Assembly (NCBI GenBank): GCA_937625935.1
Contig: OW569369.1
Coordinates: 424,900-488,899, forward strand
Reading direction: 5' to 3'
Source of the DNA: Tetramitus jugosus
Taxonomy: Eukaryota > Protista > Heterolobosea
DNA length: 64,000 bases
The notes under the pieces were generated by a model. The model ran no database searches and was not told where the DNA came from. It saw nothing but the letters and a program-made list of their open reading frames with translations. The position numbers and the translations under genes were made by a program. Shown here piece by piece: positions 44,155 to 56,016 of the stretch. Position 1 is the first letter of the stretch, and the number at the start of each line of letters is the position of its first letter.

Positions 44155-46574
44155 TCTCTGGTTCCTATTTTGTACTGGGGTATTCTTGGAGAATCTTGAG
44201 GAGCTAAGGGAGGTGCAGTAGTGTGTGTAGGAGTGGAAGGAGAGATCGATATCTCATCTACAATATTGGGCGGTGATTGACGATGAGGAGCGTAGTCTGG
44301 TCCGACCGCAGGGCCATATTGTTTCTGGCTTGCTATCACTGCAGATTGGTTATGTGACAGCTGTCTCTCCTGTGGCACAGGATGAGTGGTGCTAGCAGAT
44401 GATAAATGATTGACAAACATGACTCCATATGCAGCTGAGCGCCATCGAGCTTGAGCATCATTTGATGTTTGGTTCATGTCCATCGGTTGTTGTGGTTGTT
44501 GTTGTTGTTGTTGATGATGGGGAGCTTGATAAGGAGCTTGATATGGCGCCTGGTACTGAGGAGGATATGGTTGGTTGTATGGAGGCGGCGGTTGCTGGTG
44601 AGGCGCGTACATATTCTGATGAGGTAGATGTTGGGGTGGTGGTGGACCTTGATACATAGGGTGAGGCTGTTGAGACATATGATATGGAGGTTGCTGAGGC
44701 ATTGGGTGATGCACTGGTGATTGATTCGGCATGTGTCCCGAGAATTCTAGCGGGCTAGGTTGAATTGGTGCATTCGGCCTCACTTTGTTCTTGATCATGT
44801 AAGATAAAAACTGCTCTGGTACTTCGCGTAAAACCTCTTCTGCTAGTAAAGATGCAGGTCCATTCTGGAAATTACGGAACGGAACAAATTGAACATTGTC
44901 CCTGGTCTGCTTCCTTCCTCTCGACATGAGAGGATTGTCATCAGCGTCCAGAATATCCATCTTTGAAAAGTCAGCACCACCAACTCCCACGATAATAATG
45001 GAGAGAGGAAGGTCACTTGATTCGACAATCTCATGAATCGTATTATCCATATCCGTAATCTCTCCATCAGTAATTATCAATAAAATATAGTATGATGTCT
45101 CAGCGTTTTTGCGTGCTTCGTTCGCCGTAACATTAATAATGGGCGCAAAGTTTGTTGGGCCATGAAGTGTGATTTGAGACAGAGAATGTTGATAGGCTTG
45201 CAATATGCCCTGGACTCCATACACCTCGGGAGCTTGCCAATTAAAGTTAATTGGGAAACAGTGAGACACGTGATACTGTGGTGGAATCTTGGCTCCGAAT
45301 CCATACACTGGATACATCTTATCACTATCATAATGTGTTAAAATATTGCCTACAGAATAGATGGCTCGCTGATAACTGTTCATTGATGTACGGTTCGGAT
45401 CAGTGTAGTGCAGTGTGTTGGGCTGTCTCGGATCACCATTGCTGGCTGTAAAATCGATAGCAACCACTAGATTAATGTCATATCCACCGCGTATATAGTC
45501 CAGGAATGAAAAAACCTTCTCTACGGAAATGTTCTCGAGTTTGATCGTGCCCGAGTTGGTGTACTTTGATCCCTTCTTCTTCTGCTTCTTCGGATTGATG
45601 AGATCAAAGGAGGAACCTGTGCCACTATGCAATAGCTCTTTCAATGAAACATTGACATGTCCAATAAACTTGTGCTTTCCGCTCTTCTTGTGATCAAACA
45701 CCTCAATTTTTAGTGAACGTAAATGATCTCCATTGCACAGCTTTTGAACACTGACTGTAAAAGGTTTCCATGTACAATTCAACGTTCTCTTGTGGTGCTC
45801 CGATTTGAACACTGGCTGATAGTGACCATCTTCGTTGGAGCGACTAATGACAAGAAATGGATCCGACTTACCAAACCAATCCTTCTTGTCCAAGTTGGCG
45901 GAAGATATTTGAAGATGGACCAAATCGTTCACACCATCCACTTCCTCTGCTCTAATGTGAATGAAACCACGTATCTTGTTTGGATTTCTAGGAATAACCA
46001 ATTTTCGTGAGATGCTGCTGCCTCGGGCACCTACAATCTCGCCCAGTGAACACTCCATCTCACCAATCAAATCTTGATCCTCGACACGAGTACTGCTCTT
46101 GTTGTCAATGTCGACTACAACGAAACGTAAGGCTTGGTTTGCTATATAGATGGACAGCACAATGAATAAATAAACCACCATATATAGTCAGAGTGAGTGA
46201 GTGAGCAATCATCATCATCATCATCATCATATTTTGTTTGAACAAGGCAATGGAAACTACATACTCTCAAATCGATAATTCAGTATGAATGTCTTGACGA
46301 ATTTTGGGTTCAAATTATCCCATATAATTTCTGTTCGTCCAATTTCACTCCAAACATATTCTGGTTGTTGCTGGATGGTTGAAGATTTGGATTTGCTAGA
46401 TGATGATTTACTGTTATTGTTATTCGGAGCATTGTGGGTAGCGACTATTCGTGTGTACATGATGATTTGTGGATCGCTCTTGCTCAAGATGTCAAGATTC
46501 ACGAGATTTGAGCATGAGAGAGAAAGCTCAACTTTGCTTGTGATGTCGTCTTCATTTGATATACCTTGATCCAT
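44151..46574 (-). CDS. Copine (C2A-C2B-vWA) with P/Q-rich tail, intron 46142-46264
   Basis: KSDP motifs, VAIDFTASNGDP, GPTNFAPII, ITDGEITD, RDNVQFVPF. Confidence 0.95.
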
Positions 46575-46739
46575 GATTTGTATGTGCTTTGTCCTTTTGA
46601 CTCAGTTATTTTCGTGTCTGACTGCTTGGTTGGTGTTGTGTGCGTCAGTTCTTTTTTGTGTCTGGAAGAGAAGCCGAAAAGGACTTGCGCCGAAATCTTT
46701 TGCGGAACGAACAAACCCCGACCTAAATTTTTTGTTTAT

Positions 46740-49010
46740 TTATAGCGTGTGTAAGAACTGGTAGGTCGATTTTAGAAGTTGACAGTCATCCAACGGCTCC
46801 AGAAAGATAAATATCTGTTCGATTACGGTGTTCCAATCTTCTCTCTCCTTGAGATATTCCCGTCGGATGATATTGTCATCTGACGAATTGGTGCTTACGA
46901 GATGAAGAAATGCTTGCAACATTCGATATCGTTCATCATTGTCATCCACAGACAACATGATGGCCTGTGCTCCAAAGGAGAAAAATGTTTGATTCAACAA
47001 TCCACAGTCGTCTTCAATCAAACACAACTCCAAATAGAGGAAAAGCAAGGTGGATGCTACTGTAGGATGTTCAGCATGATTGGTCATCACAGTTGCAAAA
47101 TTAGTGACAAATGTAGTCCAGTCGATAGATTCAATGAGTTCTTTCTTTTCGTGTGTTGAAAGCTTCATCAGTCGTAGCAACACTGCAAAGCTCCATAGTA
47201 CGTTATTTTTTGCTTCATCCACAATCACAACGTCTGTGTGTGCAGATATGATTTGTTCTGATTTCTTAAACAACTCAATTGTGTACTCCATCAGCGATTG
47301 CCCTGGATTGAGTAAGACATCAACCATGTTAGCTTTGTGCAACGCACCTCTCATAACATACGATACTTGCTTTAGATCTTCATTATTCATAGATCTATTC
47401 GTTATTTCTCGGATGCTGTACTTGGGATGATTGACAATGTAGTGTTTGAGAACGTGATTGCATTCGAAGGCAGAACTCAAAAAATCGATGGCAGCTCTCA
47501 CTACTTCAAGCTCATCGTCACTCGATTCATCAGTCGTCTTTTCTCTTTTTGACTCCAAATCACTTTCCGTCAAAAGCTTCATTGATTCATCGACTGTAAC
47601 TCTTATCATCTTCATATCGTACTCCTCTGAAAAGTCATCACAGAATGTGGCGACATTCGTGTAAATAGTATGCCAAAATGTCTTATCAGTTATAAAAGTC
47701 TCTATCCAATGAGAAAAGTTGGTATCAATCCATTCAAGTTTTTCTGTAGGAGTTCGTACCTGCAAGAGTGCCCGTGAAACATTAGTTAGCAATGTGAAAG
47801 TTTCATCTACGTTTGCTTGCGATTCACCACTGGGATCTAACTCTTCTTTAGTAATCTCAAACGCAGGAGTAATTGTATCCATCATATTTTGAAAGCATTG
47901 GGGCGCATCAGTTGCAAAAATAGAAACACCATAGCGACTCACATGATCGTTAAGTGTTGCAAGGGCTTGCTGACGTAAGAGCGTCGAATTTTTCTCCTTA
48001 CAAAACTCACAGATTCGATTGACAATCCTCTGAGAAAGTTGATTCGTGGATATATCATTAAACAGACCGAAAGCATGATCCACAACAGCACAGCAAGCCT
48101 CCTTGCACGTTGTTGGCAATGTTTCTTCGCAAATCAATTGTGTGAATTGTTCCCAAAAATGAGGAAAAAGGTGGGCGAGGAAATTGACAGTGGCACATAG
48201 GAGTGAAATGATCGCCTCCATTTCTAGTTCGTTCATGTTTCGGTAGTTGTCAAACAATTTCTGAGCGAGTGGTGTCATCCACGTGAACAGCTCATCTCTC
48301 CAAGTACTCTCAGCCAGGACTTCGATCATTTGAATGGACGCAGTTTTAATGCTATGTTGTTCGGAAGTGATTGGCAGTGACAAGCATTTGGTTCGCTCCT
48401 TGGTTCTCCTAATGCATTGATCAAACAAGATTCCCAAGATGGATTGAAGTCTAGCTTGAATCATATTCATTTTCGAGTTAGAATCTTCTTCTCCATCCTC
48501 AACATCAACCCAGAAAGGATTCATAATTCTTCCAAAGTGCAAAAGAGCGGTAGCCTTCAAGTTGCACATCTCCAAGTTGCCTTCCGTTAATTGAAAACAA
48601 CGAATCAAGTAGTCCAGATACAATGGAGTGTACTTGGATGGTACTTTTACATAACTATGATTCAGAACACGCGTTACGAACAGTGTTTGGAATTCGTAAT
48701 CACCTTCAAATAGTTGATATTGCCACGATGTTTGAGTGTGTGTTGGCACTGCTACATCAGTGGTGCATGAGGCACACCAATGATTGAAAAAGATGTTTAG
48801 ATATTCTTCAAAAAAGGGTTTTGAACGTCTGGATTCGAAAAAATGGGACTGCTCATGGTTCAATAGAGATTTGATCAACTTGATGAGTGATTCACTTGAT
48901 GAAGATGACTCCACTTGTTCTGTAATATCGAGTGAGTGAGGGAGATGAGGTTTAATTCTCAATAGAAAGTCTTTCATCTCTTCCACATCTTGTTGTTCTC
49001 TGTTGGTCAT
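46740..49010 (-). CDS. HEAT/ARM repeat protein (divergent importin-beta/transportin-like)
   Basis: 756-aa helical ORF; NNVLWSFA-type repeat. Confidence 0.7.
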   Translation of the reverse strand: MTNREQQDVEEMKDFLLRIKPHLPHSLDITEQVESSSSSESLIKLIKSLLNHEQSHFFESRRSKPFFEEYLNIFFNHWCASCTTDVAVPTHTQTSWQYQLFEGDYEFQTLFVTRVLNHSYVKVPSKYTPLYLDYLIRCFQLTEGNLEMCNLKATALLHFGRIMNPFWVDVEDGEEDSNSKMNMIQARLQSILGILFDQCIRRTKERTKCLSLPITSEQHSIKTASIQMIEVLAESTWRDELFTWMTPLAQKLFDNYRNMNELEMEAIISLLCATVNFLAHLFPHFWEQFTQLICEETLPTTCKEACCAVVDHAFGLFNDISTNQLSQRIVNRICEFCKEKNSTLLRQQALATLNDHVSRYGVSIFATDAPQCFQNMMDTITPAFEITKEELDPSGESQANVDETFTLLTNVSRALLQVRTPTEKLEWIDTNFSHWIETFITDKTFWHTIYTNVATFCDDFSEEYDMKMIRVTVDESMKLLTESDLESKREKTTDESSDDELEVVRAAIDFLSSAFECNHVLKHYIVNHPKYSIREITNRSMNNEDLKQVSYVMRGALHKANMVDVLLNPGQSLMEYTIELFKKSEQIISAHTDVVIVDEAKNNVLWSFAVLLRLMKLSTHEKKELIESIDWTTFVTNFATVMTNHAEHPTVASTLLFLYLELCLIEDDCGLLNQTFFSFGAQAIMLSVDDNDERYRMLQAFLHLVSTNSSDDNIIRREYLKEREDWNTVIEQIFIFLEPLDDCQLLKSTYQFLHTL

Positions 49011-49092
49011 TTTGTCTTTGTTGTTGTGTGGAATTTGTGCGTTTTGGATTTCGACGTCGAAAAGAAACTGGAACTCAGATTTTTTTTACATC

Positions 49093-49730
49093 TCAAAACA
49101 AATTCAAAACAATTGCAACAAATGTTGCCACGATAAAACTACTGTGGACTATGGTAGCAATCAATCCACCTTCTAATGAACTTTGCATATAAGTAACAGA
49201 CAACATGATATCGTCATCAGAGTACACAGTGTCTTCATCTAATCTTGTTCTTTCAATATTGTGTGAACTGTACGGGGAGAGTAGGCCGATTTGATCGGAC
49301 AGAGTATCGGAGAAGAAGAGTTGACTTGTGAGCACTTCCTTTTCACCATTGAAAATCTTCATATGAATGTGAGTGTCACGACTCACATACCATCCTGGGT
49401 AAATGGTTTCAATGGTGGCAATACCACTCGAGTTGGCGTATTGTTTGCCGCGCAGATATGTCGTGTCATCGGTCTGTGGATTTTGAACGTTGTTGCTTGC
49501 TTCTTCATAGTGACTGTAGATTCCGAGTGCATCACAGGTGGCCAAATCTCAACAATAGCACCAGGGATAGGTTCACAGGTTGTCTTGTTTACAATTGTCA
49601 ATTCCAGTATGACAGGCAGTCCTGATTTACCCTCGGTAATATTCTTCCGGAAGGACATACCACTGACATAGTAAAGTCCTTCCGTTGCGGATGGAGTTGA
49701 GACACATGATGTTGCTGAACCAGTTGACAT
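49093..49730 (-). pseudogene. Intradiol ring-cleavage dioxygenase, frameshifted
   Basis: TEGLYY...GAIVEIW and CDALGIYS...LRG...YPGWY..R.THIH lie in different frames; CCACC at 49537-49541 where CAC is expected. Confidence 0.8.
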
Positions 49731-49980
49731 GCTCAGTGCATAGTTGAGTGAGATGCTTTTAAACTTTGTCCATACTAAGTCCCTAAGGTAATTCACACAC
49801 ATTATAGGATCGGAAGGAAAAGATACCATCACTTTTGTATTCTGCAAAAGTCCAGGACTGGAATTCCTTGTCGCGGTCCTGGATTCTCCGTTTCAAAAAC
49901 AGGGACAAAAATAACAACGCATGTGGGATCAGATGATCTGATGGCATCCATCGGAGATAGACTCTCAAAAACTACAAACC

Positions 49981-50981
49981 ATGAGAAGCACACCATCAAA
50001 AATCTTATTGACATTGCTTTTAATACTCTCTGTATGTTTGTTCGTTGATGCGTCTTCCGCAATGAGTAAAAGGGCCATAGTTGTGAATACATGGCCATTC
50101 ACAACGCCACCAACACAGCATGGGAGACTCTGATGATGAAGAGCAACGACAATCAAGGATTTGCAGCGCTGGATGCGATTGAATGTGGAGTTCATCAGTG
50201 TGAGCGAGAGCAGTGTGATCATTCTGTTGGCTGGGGTGGTTCTCCTGATGAAAATGGCCATTCGAGTTTAGATGCATTGATCATGTGTGGCAAAACGAGA
50301 AGAGTAGGCGCAGTTGCCAATTTGAAAAATATAAAAGCTGCCATAAAGGTAGCACGGAGAGTAATGGATGACACTTATCATTCAATGTTGGTAGGAGAGG
50401 ATGCCACAGTTTTTGCTGAACAAGTTGGTTTCAAACGTGAAGATATCAGTAGTGATTTCTCGAGACAATTGTACGATCAATGGATCGCCAATAATCGAAC
50501 ACCCAACTATTGGCGCAAATCAAATGCGTATAAACCTGTAGGACATGACACTATTGGAATGATCGTTATTGATGATCACTTGAATGTTGCATGTGGCTCT
50601 AGTACGAATGGACTGTCATTCAGGATACCTGGTAGAGTTGGAGATTCGCCTCTTGTTGGTTCGGGGGCCTATTGTGAGAATGGTGTCGGTGGATGTTCTG
50701 CCACAGGTAATGGCGACGTTATTCAGAGATTTCTTCCGGCTTTCTATGCAACCATGTTGATGAAACTGAAGGGATTACATCCCAGAGAAGCCAGTTATGA
50801 AGCACTGGCTGAAATTTCACAGTATTATTCTGTAGATGTAGATGCCTATGCTGGATTAGTCTGTGTGAACGTGAGAGGCGAGCATGGGGCTGCTGCAATT
50901 GGTCAATTCGAACACTCTTTCAAATATTCAATGAGAAATTATCACATGAAGGAAGCACAGGTGTTTCCATGGCGAACCTAA
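49981..50981 (+). pseudogene. AGA: Aspartylglucosaminidase (glycosylasparaginase), 1-nt frameshift near 50103
   Basis: Signal peptide and VVNTWPF from the ATG at 49981 are out of frame with NATNTAW...SVGWGGSPDE, GHDTIG, GRVGDSP, ATGNGD. May be an intact gene with an assembly error. Confidence 0.8.
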
Positions 50982-51619
50982 CACTACGAGACGCTGGGGT
51001 ACTCCCAAGAACTCATGAAACTCAATCCAATGGAATACGAGCAACAACATTGGTACTACTCGGTTGGAGATAGAGTTGAACAAACAGATTTTTGCTCATC
51101 CAAAAGAAATGGATTCGATGCACAAGTTTGAATATGATATTGCAAGCGAGCACATCCATCTTATGGTGATTCCTTGAAGAATGGAGCTAATCCAGAGACC
51201 GTGACATAATAAGACGATGGAGACACCAGAGATAATTCTGTCAAATATACGTGAATAAAAGTATTGGATCAACTCAAATATACAATGATGATGACTTGGA
51301 TTTGATGGAAAAACGATAGCTCTGAGAGGTCATATACATCAATTTCATACTTTTGATATGGACTTTATCCAAGACAGTTCGCAAGCGAGACTAGAGCTCA
51401 CGATAATTGTGATAAACTGGACGGGAGTTCAACACCGGTGCCAGTAAGTGGAACGGTTGGGCAGTAGTCCAAGAGGAACATTCCATGTCAAACTGTCATT
51501 GTATGATTTTGGGTTTTGATGTCGGGCCGGGAATTCAAAGAATCAAGCCCAGATTTTACCAATTTCTATTTAGCTTGATACCCTTGATGATTGATCACCA
51601 ACAACAGAACAACACAATC

Positions 51620-53020
51620 ATGACCTCAAACTCTGTCGAGACTTTTACTATCAAACCAACCAACAAGTATAATCGCCCGGTCTCAACCCCGACATTATCT
51701 CTACATGGAATGGACCTCATTGGTGCTCCTGTTCAAATCCATAATCACCGTTTCTTCCATCGCCCCGAACATTTCAAGGATGTGGTCGATACGCTCAAGT
51801 CTTCTCTTGCTGAAGCGCTTGAGCTATACCCACCTGTTGCAGGCACTGTACGGGCGAATGAAAGGGGTGAACTATATATCGCGTTGGATGCGGAAGGAAC
51901 CACTTTTCAGGTCGAAATGAGAGATTCACCTTTCACTGGTGATGCCGATGACATATCTCCTATACCCGGAGTATTGTTGTTACCCACACCATGCAGCGCA
52001 TTAGCAGTGAAAGTGACTCAGTTCTCTTGCGGAACGGTAGCCGTGGCGTCCTCAATGCATCATTTCCTCACTGATCTAAGAGGCTTTCTCGATTTTCTTG
52101 GAGTCTGGGCTAAACTCGCTCGAGGTGAAACGATTGATCTTGGAACGATTCCGCAGGACTGGTCTCACACTCCTGGGCGATTTTTCACTGAGCATAACAA
52201 CTCGACATCTCAAACTGTGTCCCCACCAGCTGCCCCTAAAGGCTATGCAGTACTACGTTCTCTGCCAACAGCTTCTGCCGCTGAAAATTCACTTGTTTTC
52301 TCAGCGGCAGAAGTTCAAAGATGGATAATTACTGAAAAAGCTTTGGCCAATTTGAAAAACGATTTCACATCTGCTTTGGAAGATTGTTCCGATACATGGA
52401 TCTCATCGGGTGATGCATTAACTGCCTTGCTATGGAGTGTCATGACACGCGCTCGCCAAAGTGCAAAGGTTCCCCAAATGCGTTCCAGCGAGGAATCAGG
52501 AACTGGGACTATTGCAATGGCAGCAGATGGACGAGACCGTTCTCCGAACAAGAACATGACTGGTGGACGTTATTTCGGAAACTTCAATGTTCTTTTCATG
52601 ACCACAGTTCCTCGCGCCGATCTATTGTCTTCAGATGCTAAGTCAGGTTCTCGTGTAGCTCTCGCCATTAGAAAGTCTCTAAATGAGCAACTTACATCTG
52701 AAGCTATTGCGGATAGAATACAATTTATGGAAGCACCCGAAAATGCCAGCCCTCCTGGTCGAATTGTTTGGACCGCCGATTTGGCATTTACCAATTGGTG
52801 TCGATTTGATTTACAAGGCGAGGACATGGATTTCGGATGGGGAAAACCATTTGATGCAACTGGAGGTGAAGGTTTTCTTCCACCGGGTTATGTTCGTTTA
52901 CAGCAGCAGAAGACCACTGGAGATGTAACTGTTGTAATAACTGTAGAAAAAGAAGGAGGACACGCGATGAAAACTGACACTTTGTTGAACAAGTATGCAA
53001 CTTTGGTGAGAATCCGGTAG
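51620..53020 (+). CDS. CoA-dependent acyltransferase (BAHD/Tri101-like Transferase family)
   Basis: HxxxD (HHFLTD) and DFGWG motifs; intronless; likely start MTSNS at 51620. Confidence 0.9.
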   Translation: MTSNSVETFTIKPTNKYNRPVSTPTLSLHGMDLIGAPVQIHNHRFFHRPEHFKDVVDTLKSSLAEALELYPPVAGTVRANERGELYIALDAEGTTFQVEMRDSPFTGDADDISPIPGVLLLPTPCSALAVKVTQFSCGTVAVASSMHHFLTDLRGFLDFLGVWAKLARGETIDLGTIPQDWSHTPGRFFTEHNNSTSQTVSPPAAPKGYAVLRSLPTASAAENSLVFSAAEVQRWIITEKALANLKNDFTSALEDCSDTWISSGDALTALLWSVMTRARQSAKVPQMRSSEESGTGTIAMAADGRDRSPNKNMTGGRYFGNFNVLFMTTVPRADLLSSDAKSGSRVALAIRKSLNEQLTSEAIADRIQFMEAPENASPPGRIVWTADLAFTNWCRFDLQGEDMDFGWGKPFDATGGEGFLPPGYVRLQQQKTTGDVTVVITVEKEGGHAMKTDTLLNKYATLVRIR

Positions 53021-53226
53021 AATTGTCAGTACCTTCCTTCCAGAAAATACGATAAAACCAACAAATATTTCGATCCAATTTTCTCACTTGTCAAGCTTGG
53101 GGCGATATATTTGTTGTAACCTCTTTGTTGCTGGGTGAGAGCACGAATATCTTCTTTTTGCTGACCCCTGATCTGCTTCTTTTTCTGTTGGTTGGCTTTT
53201 CGTCGTCTGACACAAGTCGTATCAGA

Positions 53227-53709
53227 TTAATCGAGAAACTCAAACCAATCGGGTTGAATCTTGGTGATCACTAGAAAGAAACAGATCGTGAAGATGATAA
53301 ACGTGATCGAGAAGGCAATTGTTGTGATTCCCAACCCATAAAAAGCCTTTTGTCGCTTGATGAACCTGCTTTTGCTCTCTTGATTGATCGCCCTGTAGAC
53401 TTTCTTTTTGCATTTGTACCACAATATGCATGCAGCAACTTTTTGTTCCTCCGTTGGCTTGACTGGACTTAGAGAAAAGTCGAGCCAAAATTGTTGTTTA
53501 CCAAGACAGGGTATGTTGGCGGTTGTCAGTGCTGAATCTGGGTTTGACCAAGCAAGAACAGTGCAGTTGGTTGAAAGGCTTTTGAATCTACCGTGAGTGA
53601 CGATCCTCTGACTCAATACGGCAGGAACGAGCAGTAAACCAAAAATCACAGACACGCAGAGGCCCCCGAGGAGTGTGAATGTCACTACAATCGCTGTTGA
53701 TGCGCCCAT
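53227..53709 (-). CDS. Hypothetical two-TM membrane protein
   Basis: N- and C-terminal hydrophobic helices flanking a Cys-containing loop. Confidence 0.6.
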   Translation of the reverse strand: MGASTAIVVTFTLLGGLCVSVIFGLLLVPAVLSQRIVTHGRFKSLSTNCTVLAWSNPDSALTTANIPCLGKQQFWLDFSLSPVKPTEEQKVAACILWYKCKKKVYRAINQESKSRFIKRQKAFYGLGITTIAFSITFIIFTICFFLVITKIQPDWFEFLD

Positions 53710-54076
53710 CACACAAAAATGACTTTTGTTGGTTTTTTTGACTTGCCTGTCGCGTAAACAATGAAATTATTGCTCAGACCGACACCGCTTGATGCCAACC
53801 TGGAACAAGACTTGTTTACTGCCCAGTATCGACACCTCTTTCCCTGGGTGGATCCACGCCTCTAGTTCGAGTTTAAGAATGAATGGAGTGAAGAACATCA
53901 CGGCAGAGAAGAAAGCAAGAACCTTTTGTTATTACAATTACTGTTGCCAATCATGATGGAATACTGTGGCATGCACGTACATGTACTTGAGTGATGCCAC
54001 CACCCAACCATGTCCATGATTGAAGATGAGCTCGTGGTGCACCAGCGACATATTTATTATATTGAGATAAAGTGAG

Positions 54077-55717
54077 CTACAATTGATAGTTCTCAATGTC
54101 TGGTACCACAGACTTTGACCACAACCTGAATACACTGAACAAGAATTCGTATGACGCTGCATCTTTTTGTTCACACCAGTGTGACAGTCCAGAACAAACC
54201 AAGATAAAGTCAGCAATATCGTTTGTAGTTAGATGTTGACATCCCAGCATGCTTCTCAATGATTCTAATAGCTTCTCATTGAACTTCATACTGTCACTAT
54301 AATACATTTCAAGTAGACAGTCTTGGTTATTGGCCATAATGTGTATCTCCAGATCAAATACTTCATCTTCATATGCATCTCCATTCACACTTACAGTGAT
54401 CTGAGCCATCTGTAATCCGTCCAAGCTCTTGATCTTAATGTATACAGCTTGATCCAGATTGGTTCCAATTGTATCAGCTTCTCCAATCTTCTCACAGTTA
54501 ACATAGAGAACTACAATGTTATTGGCAAGCTTCATAACTTCAGTATAACGTGGTGATCCTCTGTCCATCCATGCAGGTGAGTTATGATAATTATGGAACA
54601 TACTATGGCCGGAAGCCAGACTTTGAATGACATGATCCCTCTTGCATAGTCCTTCAACATATAGATTAAACTCTGCAAGATCAACTTGTTCCTTCCTCAT
54701 GATTCTTTCCTCTATCGTAGGTGTGAGTACTCCACCTACCTCAGTGTCCTCATGTACAGATGCATATCCAACAATGTACACAATTAACTTTGTTAGACTC
54801 TCAATGCCAGAGTAGCCCAGATGCTGGCTGATACTCTGTAGCTTTGATCTGTCAACCTTCAATACTGTATCTATGAAACATAGCCATGCAACGATATAAT
54901 CTGCTCCAAGAGTTGCAATGTTATTAGCACCATCTTCTCTGTATTTGTAGAAGGAGGTCAGCTGATCATAACTCTGTTGTTTGCCATTCATATCATACAC
55001 TGTTGCCATAACTTCAAATATTCCCTTAGACTTGCTATTATCAACCTTGTTGTACTGCAATAGAGACTTGGCTCTAAACAGAACAATCACCTTTCTCTCT
55101 GGATCATAGATGGAGAAGTTAATAATCTTGTGATGACTACGAGAGTCTCCATCTGTTCCTTCATTCGTATAAACAAGCTTATACTTGACATATCCAAACG
55201 CAATGTGATCCTTTAACTTGATCAGATCAGAAGTAGAAGTTGGAACGAGATTGGGGCTCACACGAAATCTACTGACATCCATGAAGTCACCAGATAGTTT
55301 CTCTCTGTATCTCTTATGAGATACACTCTTTAATGCAGTTCTAACTACAGACATATCACTTTGTACTGCAATGGGATCATTCATCACTTGATCAAGTGCT
55401 TGTGAATACGTTATGTCTAGTTTGACATCTGTCATCCATTGTATTCCACATGATGTCACTGGTAATACAAAACCAATTCTCTTCTCAATAAGTAGTTTCC
55501 AAATATCTTCACTGACTGTATACCATGATTTGTTCACTATGCATACACGAGTCATTCCAATCAGTCCCAACATTTCAAATATCAATGACACTGTTACATT
55601 ATCAAACACTACTACTGCTGTTGAAGGTTGTTGTGATTGAATTGTAGAATCATCGTCATTTAACCTTCTCTTCTTCATGGCACGATCAATCTCTTCACTT
55701 GATGTCTGAATGCTCAT
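54077..55717 (-). CDS. F-box protein with unknown C-terminal domain
   Basis: NLS-like KKRR, then FDNVTVSLIFEML...VCIVNKSWY...DIWK F-box. Confidence 0.75.
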   Translation of the reverse strand: MSIQTSSEEIDRAMKKRRLNDDDSTIQSQQPSTAVVVFDNVTVSLIFEMLGLIGMTRVCIVNKSWYTVSEDIWKLLIEKRIGFVLPVTSCGIQWMTDVKLDITYSQALDQVMNDPIAVQSDMSVVRTALKSVSHKRYREKLSGDFMDVSRFRVSPNLVPTSTSDLIKLKDHIAFGYVKYKLVYTNEGTDGDSRSHHKIINFSIYDPERKVIVLFRAKSLLQYNKVDNSKSKGIFEVMATVYDMNGKQQSYDQLTSFYKYREDGANNIATLGADYIVAWLCFIDTVLKVDRSKLQSISQHLGYSGIESLTKLIVYIVGYASVHEDTEVGGVLTPTIEERIMRKEQVDLAEFNLYVEGLCKRDHVIQSLASGHSMFHNYHNSPAWMDRGSPRYTEVMKLANNIVVLYVNCEKIGEADTIGTNLDQAVYIKIKSLDGLQMAQITVSVNGDAYEDEVFDLEIHIMANNQDCLLEMYYSDSMKFNEKLLESLRSMLGCQHLTTNDIADFILVCSGLSHWCEQKDAASYEFLFSVFRLWSKSVVPDIENYQL

Positions 55718-55780
55718 GTCACTGCTTAATAGTTCTGTTCTGTGAAGATGTTGCTGGTTGGGCGGTCTACCAGATTTTTG

Positions 55781-55789
55781 GGCGGGAAA
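55781..55789 (-). promoter_or_regulatory. E2F-like site TTTCCCGCC
   Basis: Consensus match 64 bp upstream of the F-box ATG at 55717. Confidence 0.4.
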
Positions 55790-56016
55790 TATGGCAGAAA
55801 TTTGTGAAGTGGATCAAAAAACAGATGCTACGAAACCGAAACGCTTTTATTCCATAGGTTCCATACCACTATAGCTCAGTTTCAATGTAAGTTTGTTTCC
55901 AGCAACTATTTTGTATTCAGCAGAATCACACAACAATCTCACACTGACGACATTTTCAATAGATATACATACAGAACCACCAACCGAGAACCATGTTTCT
56001 TTGCGTTTTGTTTCAG

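Noticed and set aside
51170-51230. Ankyrin-like remnant (LKNGANPE...DGDT)
   Set aside because: Too short and interrupted by stops to support a feature call.
55847-56016. Host gene interrupted by the MULE insertion
   Set aside because: Joining the flanks across the TSD gives no convincing continuous ORF.
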